A DNA stretch of 64,000 nucleotides from an uncultured Actinomycetes bacterium. GTDB lineage: Bacteria > Actinomycetota > Thermoleophilia > UBA2241. The translations under genes were made by a program, and so were the position numbers. Where the stretch lies: contig CAVPVX010000001.1 in the NCBI GenBank assembly GCA_963709345.1, positions 224,001-288,000 of the forward strand, written 5' to 3'. Positions 18,585-28,417 of this stretch are shown piece by piece (positions within the stretch are counted from its first letter, which is position 1; each line of letters opens with the position of its first letter). The notes under the pieces were generated by a model. The model made no database searches and had not been told where the DNA came from. It saw only the letters and a list, made by a program, of their open reading frames with translations.

Positions 18585-19439
18585 TCACAGCTCGTAGACG
18601 CCCGGCCGCCGATTCTCGAGCGACGGAATCTGCGCACGAACCTCGTCAAGCCGGTCCAGGTCAAGGTCGGCGACGCACACCCCCGCGCCGTCCTCCACCC
18701 GCGCGAGCACCGTTCCCCACGGATCGACGATACAGCTCTGCCCATGACAGGAGCGCCCCGGCAGATGCTCACCGACCTGATCTGGAGCGAGCACGAAGCA
18801 CGTGTTCTCCACGGCCCGGGCACGCACCAGGACGTCCCAGTGCGCCGCGCCGGTGTGGGCCGTGAAAGCCGCCGGCGCGCAGAGCACGGCCGCGCCGCGG
18901 AGCGCCAGAGCCCGGTAGAGCTCGGGAAAGCGGAGGTCGTAGCACACGGTGAGCCCCAGCCGAAAAGCCTCATCACGGGAGACGGTCACGTCGGCGGTCA
19001 CCAGATCCGCTCCCGGGACGACGTCGCGTGACTCCTCGTAGGCCACGTCGCCGGAGACCACGTCGAAGAGGTGGATCTTGCGGTAGACGGCGCGAACGGT
19101 CCCGTGCGGGTCGAACAGGACCGAGGTGTTGTAGACCCGGTCCGCCAGCGGCGAAGTCTCGTAGATGGATCCGGCGAGCAGCCACATGCCGCGGCGGGAC
19201 GCCGCCGCGGCCACCGCCGTGTTGGAGGGACCGTCCGGGGCCTCCGCCGTCGCCAGGATGCCCTCGCGGGCACCCTTGAACGCCCACGTCTCCGGCAGGG
19301 CGACGAGCCTTGCGCCCTGATCCGCGGCGGCCTCCACCAGCCCAACGGCCGCGCGCACGTTCTCGGCGACGTCGCCGCGCGAGTTCATCTGCACGCAGGC
19401 GGCGCGCAGGACGCGGTCCGACGCGAGCGCCTCCGTCAC
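18585..19439 (-). CDS. Carbon-nitrogen hydrolase (nitrilase superfamily, Nit1/deaminated-glutathione amidase-like)
   Basis: E-K-C triad: 'LPE', 'YRKIHLFD', 'VCYDLRFPE'; GTG overlaps the agmatinase stop. Confidence 0.9.
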   Translation of the reverse strand: MTEALASDRVLRAACVQMNSRGDVAENVRAAVGLVEAAADQGARLVALPETWAFKGAREGILATAEAPDGPSNTAVAAAASRRGMWLLAGSIYETSPLADRVYNTSVLFDPHGTVRAVYRKIHLFDVVSGDVAYEESRDVVPGADLVTADVTVSRDEAFRLGLTVCYDLRFPELYRALALRGAAVLCAPAAFTAHTGAAHWDVLVRARAVENTCFVLAPDQVGEHLPGRSCHGQSCIVDPWGTVLARVEDGAGVCVADLDLDRLDEVRAQIPSLENRRPGVYEL

Positions 19440-20386
19440 TCGCCCGCTCCCGAAGGCTCGCAGGCGATCAGCGACAGCAGTTCGTAGGCGACCGTGGCGG
19501 CGAAGGTGGCGGTGAGGCTGCCGCTGTCGAGCTCCGGGACGACCTCGACGACGTCGGCGCCGGCGACGGCGAGCCCGCGGCAGGCCCGCACCAGCGCCAA
19601 GGCCTGCATGGAGCTGGGGCCGCCCACCTCGGGCGTGCCCACGGCAGGAGCGAAGGCGGGGTCGACGAAGTCGACGTCGACCGTGATGAACGCCCTGCCG
19701 GCCGCCTTGTCGACGGCCGCGGTCACCATGCCGGTACCCAGCTGCGCAAGGTCGTCCCACGAGACCACGGTGAAGCCCAGGTCGCGCGCCTGCTCGTGCT
19801 CGTCCGGCAGGTCGAGCCCGCCGCGCATGCCCATGAGGGTCGAGCGTGAAGGGTCGATCACACCCTCTTCGGCGGCGCGCCGGATGATCGAGCTGTGCAT
19901 GCGGGGCTCGCCGCCCGTCTCGTCCAGGGCGTCGGTGTGCGCGCCGAAATGCAGGAGGGCAAGCGGGCCGAACCGCTCCGCCGCGACCCGCAACTCGGCG
20001 AGAGTGACGGTATGGTCTCCGCCGATGCCCAGCGGGACGGCCCCGGCCTCGTGCATCGGGCGCAGCGTCTCCTCGATGGCGGCCAGACTGCGATCGGTGA
20101 AGCCGGCGACCACGCGGGCGTCGCCTGCGTCGATCACCGAGAGCCGTTCGAACACGGCGATTCGCTGCGCCGGGTTGTACGCCGGGTGGAGCGTCAGCGA
20201 TGCCTCGCGGACGGCGCGCGGGCCGAAGCGCGCTCCGGTCCGCACCGCGAGACCGGTGTCGAACGGCAGACCCACGACGGCCACATCGACGCCGTCGCTG
20301 TGCGTCACGTGCGGGAGCCGAAGAAACGTGGTGACGCCGGCGATCCTCGGAGCATCCTTGGGCCCGGCCGGACCATATCCCTTCAT
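19436..20386 (-). CDS. Agmatinase / ureohydrolase family protein with altered metal motif
   Basis: 'GLPFD', 'GARFGP', 'GGDH', 'DVDFVDP...P.VGTPE.GG'; DAHxD reads GAHTD. Confidence 0.85.
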   Translation of the reverse strand: MKGYGPAGPKDAPRIAGVTTFLRLPHVTHSDGVDVAVVGLPFDTGLAVRTGARFGPRAVREASLTLHPAYNPAQRIAVFERLSVIDAGDARVVAGFTDRSLAAIEETLRPMHEAGAVPLGIGGDHTVTLAELRVAAERFGPLALLHFGAHTDALDETGGEPRMHSSIIRRAAEEGVIDPSRSTLMGMRGGLDLPDEHEQARDLGFTVVSWDDLAQLGTGMVTAAVDKAAGRAFITVDVDFVDPAFAPAVGTPEVGGPSSMQALALVRACRGLAVAGADVVEVVPELDSGSLTATFAATVAYELLSLIACEPSGAGE

Positions 20387-20435
20387 CGCCGCCTCCTCAC
20401 GTGACAGTCATCCGCGTGAGGACTAGTCTACTGTC

Positions 20436-20462
20436 TAATCGATTCCCGCACTCTGCCGATAG
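20436..20462 (+). promoter_or_regulatory. Sigma28 (FliA/WhiG)-type promoter
   Basis: TAAT-N15-GCCGATAG upstream of the EAL gene. Confidence 0.65.
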
Positions 20463-20534
20463 AGGGGATGCGCGGGTTGGGCCCAGGGGCTCGGGGCGAC
20501 GATCGCCCTGCTGGGCAAAGGGGGTGGGTGGGCA

Positions 20535-22238
20535 GTGGCGGACGACCAGTTCCGCATCCTCATAGTCGACGACGACGACGACCTCAACACGTCGGTCGCC
20601 GCATCCCTCGAGGCACACGGCTTCGAGGTCTTCTCGGCGACCAGCGGAGAGCGGGGTCTTGAGCTCGCCTTCACCCGGCATCCGCACCTCGTCCTCCTCG
20701 ACGTCATGATGCCCGGCATGGACGGCTACCAGGTGTGCCGCGAGCTCCAGTTCGGCTACACCAAGGACATCCCCGTCGTCTTTCTCACGGCCAAGACGCA
20801 GCTGGCCAACATGGTCGAGGCCAACCGCTCGGGAGCTTCTGCGTACCTCACGAAGCCGTTTCGCACCGAGCGTCTCCTCGAGACCATCCGCGACGTGCTC
20901 CGCGACACGAGCGTCTACTACGACGAGATCACCGGGCTCCCGACGCTCGCCAACGTCCAGGTCGAGGTCCAGCGGATGCTGTTCGACCACAGCCAGCTGG
21001 GCATCATCTACGTCAGCCTCGAGGGCATGCACGCGCTCGAGCAACTGCAGGGGTTCGAGGTCGTGGACGACGTTCTGCGCGTGGTCGGCCGCCGCCTGCA
21101 GGAGGCGCGGGGGCACCTGATCCGCAACGAGGACTTCGTCTCCATCTCGAGCCTCGGAAACGCGTTCCTCGTCGTGCTCTCGCCGGGCCGCGACCGTCGC
21201 TCGGTAAGCGAGGACGACCTGCTGGCCATCAAGCAGCGCCTCGAGCACGAGTTGCTCGACCGGCTGGAGGATGAGCTCGAGGGCCGGCTCTTCGCCACGA
21301 TCGACCTGTTCGTCGGCTACGCCCGGCTCGCGCAGTCTCCCAAGGTGCGCTTCAGGCGCGCGCTGCTCGACGCCATCAGGCGCGCCACGCGCTCGATACA
21401 GGTCGAGCGCGACGAGATCCGCGGCCGCCTCGTCGAGGAGCTCGAACAGGTCATCTCCAAAGAGCAGGTGTCGTGCGTCTTCCAGCCCATCGTGGCCTTG
21501 AGCGACTTCGCCGTGCTCGGCTACGAGCTTCTCGCGCGCGGGCCCCTGGAGAGCGAACTGCACCGCCCGGACGCCCTCTTCGACCTGGCTCGCGACGAGG
21601 GTCGCGTCTCGGAACTGGACCGGCTGTGCCGGATGATGGCATCGCGCAGCAGCGCGACGCTGCCGCCCCGGTACCTGCGCTTCATCAACACGGAGCCGGT
21701 GGCCCTCTTCTTCCACTCCCGCAGCGACCTCTTCGTCCAGGAGTTCGTTGACGGGACACCGCCGGAGCTCCGCGGCCAGACGGTGATCGAACTCACCGAG
21801 AACAGCGTCATCGACGACTTCGACCACATGCGCGACGTCGTGCGCCGCCTGCGCTCGCACGGATTCCGCATCGCCATCGACGACGCGGGAGCGGGGTACT
21901 CCGGGCTGCAGACCATGGTCGAGATCGAGCCGGACTTCATCAAGCTCGACCGCTCGTTGATTCGCAGGCTCGACGAGTCGATCGTCAAGCAGAAGCTCGT
22001 GCGCACGCTGCGTGAGTTCTGCGACGAGGCCGGCATCACGCTCATCGCCGAGGGCATCGAGACTCACCCACAGCTGGAGACCCTGCGCAGCCTGGGCGTT
22101 GAGCACGGGCAGGGCTTCCTCTTCGCCTACCCAGGCTCGCCCTACCCGCTGAGTCGCACCTGCCCGCCCGACGCCGAGGTGCAGGCTCTCGGTGGGCCGG
22201 CCACCCCGCCGGTGGCCCCCGGGGCTCAGGCACTGTAG
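20535..22238 (+). CDS. Response regulator: REC + degenerate GGDEF + EAL (c-di-GMP phosphodiesterase)
   Basis: REC 'LLDVMMPGMDG'; GGDEF position reads SLGNAF; EAL motifs 'ELLAR', 'DDAGAGYS', 'IKLD', 'EGIE'. Confidence 0.88.
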   Translation: MADDQFRILIVDDDDDLNTSVAASLEAHGFEVFSATSGERGLELAFTRHPHLVLLDVMMPGMDGYQVCRELQFGYTKDIPVVFLTAKTQLANMVEANRSGASAYLTKPFRTERLLETIRDVLRDTSVYYDEITGLPTLANVQVEVQRMLFDHSQLGIIYVSLEGMHALEQLQGFEVVDDVLRVVGRRLQEARGHLIRNEDFVSISSLGNAFLVVLSPGRDRRSVSEDDLLAIKQRLEHELLDRLEDELEGRLFATIDLFVGYARLAQSPKVRFRRALLDAIRRATRSIQVERDEIRGRLVEELEQVISKEQVSCVFQPIVALSDFAVLGYELLARGPLESELHRPDALFDLARDEGRVSELDRLCRMMASRSSATLPPRYLRFINTEPVALFFHSRSDLFVQEFVDGTPPELRGQTVIELTENSVIDDFDHMRDVVRRLRSHGFRIAIDDAGAGYSGLQTMVEIEPDFIKLDRSLIRRLDESIVKQKLVRTLREFCDEAGITLIAEGIETHPQLETLRSLGVEHGQGFLFAYPGSPYPLSRTCPPDAEVQALGGPATPPVAPGAQAL

Positions 22239-22314
22239 GCGGACGGCACACGAGGCGACTGCCGACCGCTGGCGCCGAGGGCCGAACGTGCGTGTTCCTC
22301 CTTCCGGCCGCGTG

Positions 22315-22323
22315 TGGTACACT
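22315..22323 (+). promoter_or_regulatory. Extended -10 promoter for trpL-trpB2
   Basis: TGGTACACT ending 10 nt upstream of the leader ATG. Confidence 0.55.
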
Positions 22324-22333
22324 GCCGCGCACT

Positions 22334-22405
22334 ATGTCGACCAGCGACGCCACACGCAGCATCACCGCTTGCGCCACTTGGCGTCGCTGGCTCTGGCGCG
22401 CGTAG
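22334..22405 (+). CDS. trpL: Trp-rich leader (attenuator) peptide MSTSDATRSITACATWRRWLWRA
   Basis: 23-codon ORF with three TGG codons clustered near the stop, 150 nt upstream of trpB2. Confidence 0.75.
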   Translation: MSTSDATRSITACATWRRWLWRA

Positions 22406-22555
22406 CGCGCCCTCACCTGACACCCCGCGCGGGCCCTGCCCGCACCCCCTGACCACATCGTGGTCGTCCCGTCCCCAAGTATGGAGAGTCGGATCAGTGC
22501 ACCTTCATCCCCTGGCACCACGACATCGAGCGCGTCATTCGAGAGGAGGCCGGTC

Positions 22556-23920
22556 ATGAGCGAGTACAAGAAGAAGTTCGTGCTTGACGAGGAGAGGATC
22601 CCCAAGGCCTGGTACAACATCGTGCCGGATCTCCCCGCGCCGCCGCCGCCGCCGCTCAACCCGGCGACCATGCAGCCGGCCGGCCCCGACGACCTGGCGC
22701 CCATCTTCCCACCCAGCATCATCGCCCAGGAGGTCTCGGCCGAGCGCTACATCGAGATCCCCGAGGAGATCCACCAGATCTACCGCATCTGGAGGCCGAC
22801 GCCGCTCATCCGCGCCACCGGCCTCGAGAAGGCGCTGGACACGCCGGCCAAGATCTTCTTCAAGCACGAGGGCGTGAGCCCGGCCGGCTCGCACAAGAGC
22901 AACACCGCCGTCGCGCAGGCCTACTACAACAAGCTCGACGGCACCACGCGCCTCGCCACCGAGACCGGCGCCGGCCAGTGGGGCAGCGCGCTCAGCATGG
23001 CCTGCCAGATGTTCGACCTCGAGTGCATGGTCTACATGGTCAAGGTGAGCTACCAACAGAAGCCGTACCGGCGCAGCATGATGCAGCTCTGGGGCGGCAG
23101 CGTGATCCCCAGCCCGAGCGACCAGACCAATGCCGGCCGCGCCGTACTGGCTGAGGACCCCGACTCGCTCGGCAGCCTCGGCATCGCGATCAGCGAGGCC
23201 GTGGAAGACGCCGTCACGCACCCCGGGTCCAAGTACGCCCTGGGCAGCGTGACCAACCACGTGCTGCTGCATCAGACGATCATCGGCGAGGAGTGCATCC
23301 TTCAGGCGCAGGACGCCGACGCCTACCCGGACGTGGTCGTCGGCTGCGTCGGTGGCGGCTCGAGCTTCGGCGGCATGGCCTTCCCGTTCCTGCGTGAGAA
23401 CCTCGCCGGGAAGACCAACACGCGCCTCGTGGCCGTGGAGCCCACCGCGTGTCCATCACTCACCAAGGGCCAGTTCCGCTACGACTTCGGCGACGAAGCC
23501 CAGACCACGCCCCTGTTCAAGATGTACACGCTTGGCCACGACTACATGCCGCCCGGCATCCACGCCGGCGGCCTGCGCTATCACGGCATGGCCCCCTTGC
23601 TCAGCCACGTGTACGACCTGGGGCTGCTCGAGGCCGTGTCGGTCGCACAGACCAAGGTCTTCGAGGCGGCACAGCTCTTCGTGAAGACCGAGGCCATCGT
23701 GCCGGCGCCGGAGAGCGCGCACGCCATCCTCGCCGCCATCGACGAAGCGCTGAAGGCCAAGGAAGAGGGCGTGAGCCGGAACATCCTGTTCAACCTCACC
23801 GGCCACGGCCTGCTCGACCTCGGCTCGTACGACAGGTACCTGAGCGGCGAGCTCGAGGACTACGACCACCCGGAGGAGGCCATCGCGGCCTCCATCGCGA
23901 AGCTGCCGCGGGTGGACTGA
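22556..23920 (+). CDS. trpB2: Tryptophan synthase beta chain 2 (TrpB2)
   Basis: 'IPKAWYNI', 'WRPTPL', PLP Lys in 'GSHKSN', 'ETGAGQWG', 'HAGGLRYHG'; GAGGAGG RBS. Confidence 0.95.
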   Translation: MSEYKKKFVLDEERIPKAWYNIVPDLPAPPPPPLNPATMQPAGPDDLAPIFPPSIIAQEVSAERYIEIPEEIHQIYRIWRPTPLIRATGLEKALDTPAKIFFKHEGVSPAGSHKSNTAVAQAYYNKLDGTTRLATETGAGQWGSALSMACQMFDLECMVYMVKVSYQQKPYRRSMMQLWGGSVIPSPSDQTNAGRAVLAEDPDSLGSLGIAISEAVEDAVTHPGSKYALGSVTNHVLLHQTIIGEECILQAQDADAYPDVVVGCVGGGSSFGGMAFPFLRENLAGKTNTRLVAVEPTACPSLTKGQFRYDFGDEAQTTPLFKMYTLGHDYMPPGIHAGGLRYHGMAPLLSHVYDLGLLEAVSVAQTKVFEAAQLFVKTEAIVPAPESAHAILAAIDEALKAKEEGVSRNILFNLTGHGLLDLGSYDRYLSGELEDYDHPEEAIAASIAKLPRVD

Positions 23921-23979
23921 CGCGGCCGGAGCGGCGGGTGGCGAACCGCCCACACGCCGCGGACTGACTGCCGACGCAC

Positions 23980-24013
23980 GAGAGGCGGCGGGGCTTTCGC
24001 TCCGCCGCCTCTT
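23980..24013. terminator. Hairpin terminator after trpB2 (probably bidirectional)
   Basis: GAGAGGCGGCGGGGC-TTTC-GCTCCGCCGCCTCTT. Confidence 0.7.
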
Positions 24014-24022
24014 ACGCGTACG

Positions 24023-24763
24023 TTATCCGCGCCGTGTATCGAGTAGGTCGGCCGCGCGTACCCCGAGATAGGCCTCCACCCGTCCGCCCGTCGTGCCGAG
24101 GTCCACCCCGAGGATCTGCTCGACACGCGCCAGGCGCTTGCGCAGAGTATTGCGATGCACGTACAGATCGGCGGAAGTCTCGGCCGCCGCGCCGCCGTGA
24201 GCGAGGTAGGTCTCGAGAGTGCTCAACAACGCGCTACCTCCGCTGCTGTCGGCGGCGCGCAGGCGCCCGACGACGGCGTCCACGAGCTCCTGCAGCTGCT
24301 CGTCAGAGAGCGCGTCGAGCACCTTGTAGCGCCGCCCCAAGTCGTCGAAGGCGACGACTCGCACCGCCGCGCCGCCGGCCAGCCCCGCCTGTCGCAGAGC
24401 AAGACGCGCCTGGCCCGCGCCTCGCGGAACCGCATCGAGGCCCGCCAGTGCCGCCGAGACGCCCCCGTCGATCCTGGCCGTGCGAATTCGTGCGGCGGCG
24501 CTCGTCGCGACCTCACCGAGCAGAGTCCGCACCGCGGCCGTGTCCATCCCTTCGACCAGCGGCGTCAGCACCAGTACCTGACCGCGGCTGCGACGCGAGA
24601 TGAAGGGGACCTGGCGCTCTTCGAGGAGCCTGTCAATCGTGCCGAGAAGGGCATCGGCCATCGCGTCGGCGACCGACGGATGGTCGCGCCGGCTGCCGCC
24701 TTCGACGCCCACGGAAAAGGCAACGAGGCGCCACGACTCGGTCGGCTCGATGCCGTGGTAGGC
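24023..24763 (-). pseudogene. PucR-family transcriptional regulator, N-terminally truncated
   Basis: C-terminal HTH 'TLETYL..GG.AAETSADLYVHRNTLRKRL'; upstream frame runs into the antisense flavodoxin remnant with no credible start. Confidence 0.7.
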
Positions 24764-25234
24764 TTCACCGGCGCGGTCTTCGATGCCTTCTGCGAAGGGC
24801 TCGCAGAAGCAGGCCACTCGATCGAGGTTGCCGACCTCTGCGGAGAGGGCTTCGACCCGCTTCTCGGCCCCGACGACTATGCCCAGTTCGAGGGCCGGCC
24901 CATGCCCGCCGACGTGCTGGCGGAGCAAGCGCGGGTGGCGTGAGCCGATGCCCTCGTCTTGGCCTTCCCCGTCTGGTGGTGGTCGTTCCCCGCCATGCTC
25001 AAGGGCTGGTTCGACCGCGTCTGGTCGATGGACTGGGCCTACAGCTTCCAGCCCGGCCTCTCGCGCGGCCTGTTACCGAATGGTCCGGCCATGCTGCTGT
25101 GCGTGGCCGGCTCGCGCCGCTCCACGTACGAGGAGTACGGCTACGATAAGGCCATGTGCGATCAGATCCAGGTCGGCATCCTCGGCGACGGCGCCACCCG
25201 CAGCGTGCACGGGAAGGCGGCGCGCAGTTCCTGA
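24764..25234 (+). pseudogene. NAD(P)H-dependent oxidoreductase (flavodoxin-like fold) remnant
   Basis: 'EQARVA*ADALVLAFPVWWWSFPAMLKGWFDRV' with in-frame TGA at 24941-24943; N-terminal HP motif absent, C-terminus short. Confidence 0.75.
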
Positions 25235-25385
25235 CTCCCGTCAGCGCCCTCCCTGAGCCCCCAATTGACGGCACGCGGTGGAGCTGATGGCCCACCCGCA
25301 TCCGACCCAGCCGCGCGCTGACGAGCGGCCGGTCGAGCCACGCCGCGCCGAGAGAACCTGCAGCGGTCCAACCGCCGGCGTCGGC

Positions 25386-26189
25386 TCAGAGCAGCGCGCC
25401 GGCCTCGGTGCGGAGCGTCGCCGCCAGATCCTCCCGGCGCACGACGAGGGGCTTCAGAAGACGAAGCGCCGGCGGGGCATCGCCGACGGCGATGCGTACC
25501 CCGGCGACCCGGAGTAGCGACTCGTCGGCCTCCGAGTCGCCGCAGGCGACCACGCGATCCAGCGGCACCCCCAGATAAGCCGCCGACAGGCGGACCGCAT
25601 CGCCCTTGTCGGCCCGGGCGTGCAGGACGCTTATGAAGCCGGGACGGATCGGCTCCACCCTCAGCCGCCCCGCCCACCTCTTCATCAGGGTGGGGAGGAG
25701 CTGAGAGACCAGCTCCGGCCGGCCGTGCAAGACGAGCCGCGTCACGCTCGCTCCCAGGGGAGCGCTCTCCGGCCCACGGCATCGCGCCCGCGCGACACCC
25801 GGGCACGCTTCGGCCGTCACGCGAGTCAGCTCGCGGGGTTCGTCGACGTCGTAGACGGTGACGCCGAGCCCGCGATCGAGCACTTCACCGGCGAGCGCGC
25901 TCGCGGCATGCTGCGGCAGCGGCAGATACCGCAGCTGCAGGCCGGAGCCGGGGTCGACGACCAGCGCGCCGTGGTAGCACATGTAGACGGCGGGCTCCGC
26001 CTCCAGCCGCTCGACCGCGCGCCTCGCCGCGTGCAGCGGGCGGCCCGTGCACACCGCCAGCGACGCGCCGGCCTTGCGAAGGACGGAGAGGGTCTCGACG
26101 ATGTCCCGGACCGGAATCCCCTCGGCATCCAGAAGCGTGCCGTCGAGGTCGCACGCCAGCAGTGCGCGGATGCGGAGGGACGCGGTCAC
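25386..26189 (-). CDS. Cof-type HAD-IIB hydrolase
   Basis: 'CDLDGTLL', 'CTGR', 'DKG', 'GDSEAD'. Confidence 0.85.
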   Translation of the reverse strand: MTASLRIRALLACDLDGTLLDAEGIPVRDIVETLSVLRKAGASLAVCTGRPLHAARRAVERLEAEPAVYMCYHGALVVDPGSGLQLRYLPLPQHAASALAGEVLDRGLGVTVYDVDEPRELTRVTAEACPGVARARCRGPESAPLGASVTRLVLHGRPELVSQLLPTLMKRWAGRLRVEPIRPGFISVLHARADKGDAVRLSAAYLGVPLDRVVACGDSEADESLLRVAGVRIAVGDAPPALRLLKPLVVRREDLAATLRTEAGALL

Positions 26190-27367
26190 GGCCGGCCGGC
26201 CACCGCGTCGGCGTCGGCTGCCGCGGTCGCCGCGCCGCCGGCCAGGGAGCGACCAGCACCTGCGATGACCTCCGTCAGCGGGCGCCCGACCAGCTTTTCG
26301 ACCTGCGCCGCGACGAGATCGGCCGCGTCGAGCCGCCGGCGCGCCGCGGCGAGCGCCGCGGCATCTCCGGCGAACCGCGCCTCGGCGCGCCGGCCCTTGT
26401 CGGCAAGGCCGGCGACGCCGGCCCCCACGGTCAGCTTGTCGGCGAGGTACAGCAGTTCGGTCTCGCCGGGCACGGGCGGCGGCCACCCGGGGAGCTCCAT
26501 GTGGTGCCGGACAAGGGCCGCCACCCGGGGGTAGCCCTCGGCAGCGATCACATCGGCGCCCGTCTCGGCGTGGCCGGGAGCGGCGCGCACCACGTCGTGC
26601 AGCAGCGCCGCGGCCTCGAGCAGCCGGAGGTCGAGACATACGCCGGCGGCGCGCAACGCGGCGCCCAGGCGGCCGGCCACGGCAGTGACGGTCTCGGCGT
26701 GGGCCACCACCGGCGCCGGCGTGGCGTGACGCTCCAGAAGCTCGAGGCACGCCTCCGGACCGGGCAGGCGCTCGCGCGCCGCGAGGCGGCACAGCCGCTC
26801 ATACGCGGCGCGATCGTCCATGTCGAGCAAGACGTTGGGGTCGGGGACCACTACGTCCACCGCGTCGCGGTCGCACTCCCTGAGCAGAGCCTGCAGACCT
26901 CCATCCGGGTCTCCGTCGGCGATGAGCCGGCGCAGCGCGGCCGAGACGAGCGGCGGGTGCCCGCGCCGACCTTCGAACATCGGATACGTCACTGAGGAGG
27001 CCGGGACGGCAGTGCGCGCGAGCAGAGCTATCGTCTCGGGCCGCACGAGAGCGCAGTCCACAGGGTGGACGAAGAAGGCGCTCGTCGCGGCCGGCAGCGC
27101 CCGCACGCCGCAGCGCACCGACGAGTACATGCCGACGGAGTAGTCCGGGTTCACGACGTGGTGCACGCGGGCCTCCGCCAGGACCGGGGCGATCTGATCG
27201 GCGCGATCGCCGAGCACGACGAGTGACTCCACACCGATCGCCGAGTAGCACCCGGCGACGCGGAGGACGGCGGGGACGCCGTCCAGCGGCAGGAGTGGTT
27301 TGGCCTCGCCCATGCGGGTCGACAGGCCCGCGGCCAAGACGACGGCGCGCAAGACGCCGGCGATCAT
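26186..27367 (-). CDS. MocA/MobA-like nucleotidyltransferase fused to an HD domain (DVU_1551-like)
   Basis: 'LAAGLSTRMG..K', 'GHPP', 'DMD'; HD domain 'LLHD', 'HH', 'ADK'. Confidence 0.85.
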   Translation of the reverse strand: MIAGVLRAVVLAAGLSTRMGEAKPLLPLDGVPAVLRVAGCYSAIGVESLVVLGDRADQIAPVLAEARVHHVVNPDYSVGMYSSVRCGVRALPAATSAFFVHPVDCALVRPETIALLARTAVPASSVTYPMFEGRRGHPPLVSAALRRLIADGDPDGGLQALLRECDRDAVDVVVPDPNVLLDMDDRAAYERLCRLAARERLPGPEACLELLERHATPAPVVAHAETVTAVAGRLGAALRAAGVCLDLRLLEAAALLHDVVRAAPGHAETGADVIAAEGYPRVAALVRHHMELPGWPPPVPGETELLYLADKLTVGAGVAGLADKGRRAEARFAGDAAALAAARRRLDAADLVAAQVEKLVGRPLTEVIAGAGRSLAGGAATAAADADAVAGRP

Positions 27368-28416
27368 CTCGCAGTCTCTGCCCGCACCCTGATCAGCTCG
27401 GCCGTGATGCTTACGGCCAGCTCCGCGGGCGTCTCCGCCCCGATCGCGACGCCGATGGGCGTGTGCAGACGCTCCAGGTCGGTGGTCGAGAACCCGGCGT
27501 CGGTGAGGGCCTTGAGGATCTTGCCGCGCTTCGCCTTGCTGCCCATGAGACCTATGTAGCGCGCATCGCTGCGCAGCGCCTGCTCGACCACGGTGTAGTC
27601 GTGCTCGTGACCGCGCGTCACGACGACGACGTAGCTCCGCGGCCCAAGACCAACGTCGTCGAAGGCGTGCGCAAAGCCGTCGAGAGGCTGCACGCGCGTG
27701 GTGGACGGGAAGCGCTCGGCGGCCGCAAAGGCCGGCCGGTCGTCCACGACGACGACCTCGAAGCCCACGGCGGCGGCGGCCGGCGCGAGCGCGACGGCCA
27801 CGTGGCCCGCGCCACAGATCACGAGGATGCTCGGCGGCAGGATCGCCTCGACGGCGACCGACCTGCCGTCGGGCAGCTCGGCCACGCCGTGAACAGCCAA
27901 TTTCCCGGCGAGCTTACGCAGCAGTTCGGGTGCGCAGGGCAGGTCGCCGACCGCCGTCCCGTCTTCCAAGAGCACGACGTACCCGACATCGACCACCTCG
28001 ACCGTGTCTTTCGCGAGGTGGAAGAACGTGTAGAGCCAGGTCGGCCGTCCGTCGTCGCGAGCCTGCTGCAACGCCCGAAGCGCATCCAGCAGGCGTTCGT
28101 CCCCGCCGGGAACACACGCCATCAGCATCTCCGCACGGCCACCGCAGAGCATGGCTGCGTCGGCGACGGACCGGCCCTCGAGAGCGATCGAGCTGACCCG
28201 GGAGCGACCGCGTCTGAGGGCCTCGCCGGCGCCGCGGATCATGGTCGCCTCAAGAAGCCCGCCTCCGATCGTCCCCGCGACGGAGCCGTCGCCGCGCACC
28301 AGCATCTGCGTGCCTGCGGCTCGCGGCGTTGAGCCGTGTTGCGCCACGATGCTCACGAGGACGAACGGCTCCCCCGACACCAGCATGTCGAGAGTCTCGC
28401 TCAGGATCTCGCGCAT
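27364..28416 (-). CDS. xdhC: XdhC family molybdenum-cofactor chaperone
   Basis: 'GSTPR', 'GTIGGG', 'CGG', 'GAGHV', 'VTRGH', 'YIGLMGS', 'TPAELA'. Confidence 0.9.
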   Translation of the reverse strand: MREILSETLDMLVSGEPFVLVSIVAQHGSTPRAAGTQMLVRGDGSVAGTIGGGLLEATMIRGAGEALRRGRSRVSSIALEGRSVADAAMLCGGRAEMLMACVPGGDERLLDALRALQQARDDGRPTWLYTFFHLAKDTVEVVDVGYVVLLEDGTAVGDLPCAPELLRKLAGKLAVHGVAELPDGRSVAVEAILPPSILVICGAGHVAVALAPAAAAVGFEVVVVDDRPAFAAAERFPSTTRVQPLDGFAHAFDDVGLGPRSYVVVVTRGHEHDYTVVEQALRSDARYIGLMGSKAKRGKILKALTDAGFSTTDLERLHTPIGVAIGAETPAELAVSITAELIRVRAETAR

Positions 28417-28417
28417 C

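Noticed and set aside
24941-24943. In-frame TGA as selenocysteine or readthrough
   Set aside because: The position corresponds to Trp in flavodoxin-fold homologues, not Cys, and the gene is truncated at both ends; best read as a TGG-to-TGA change
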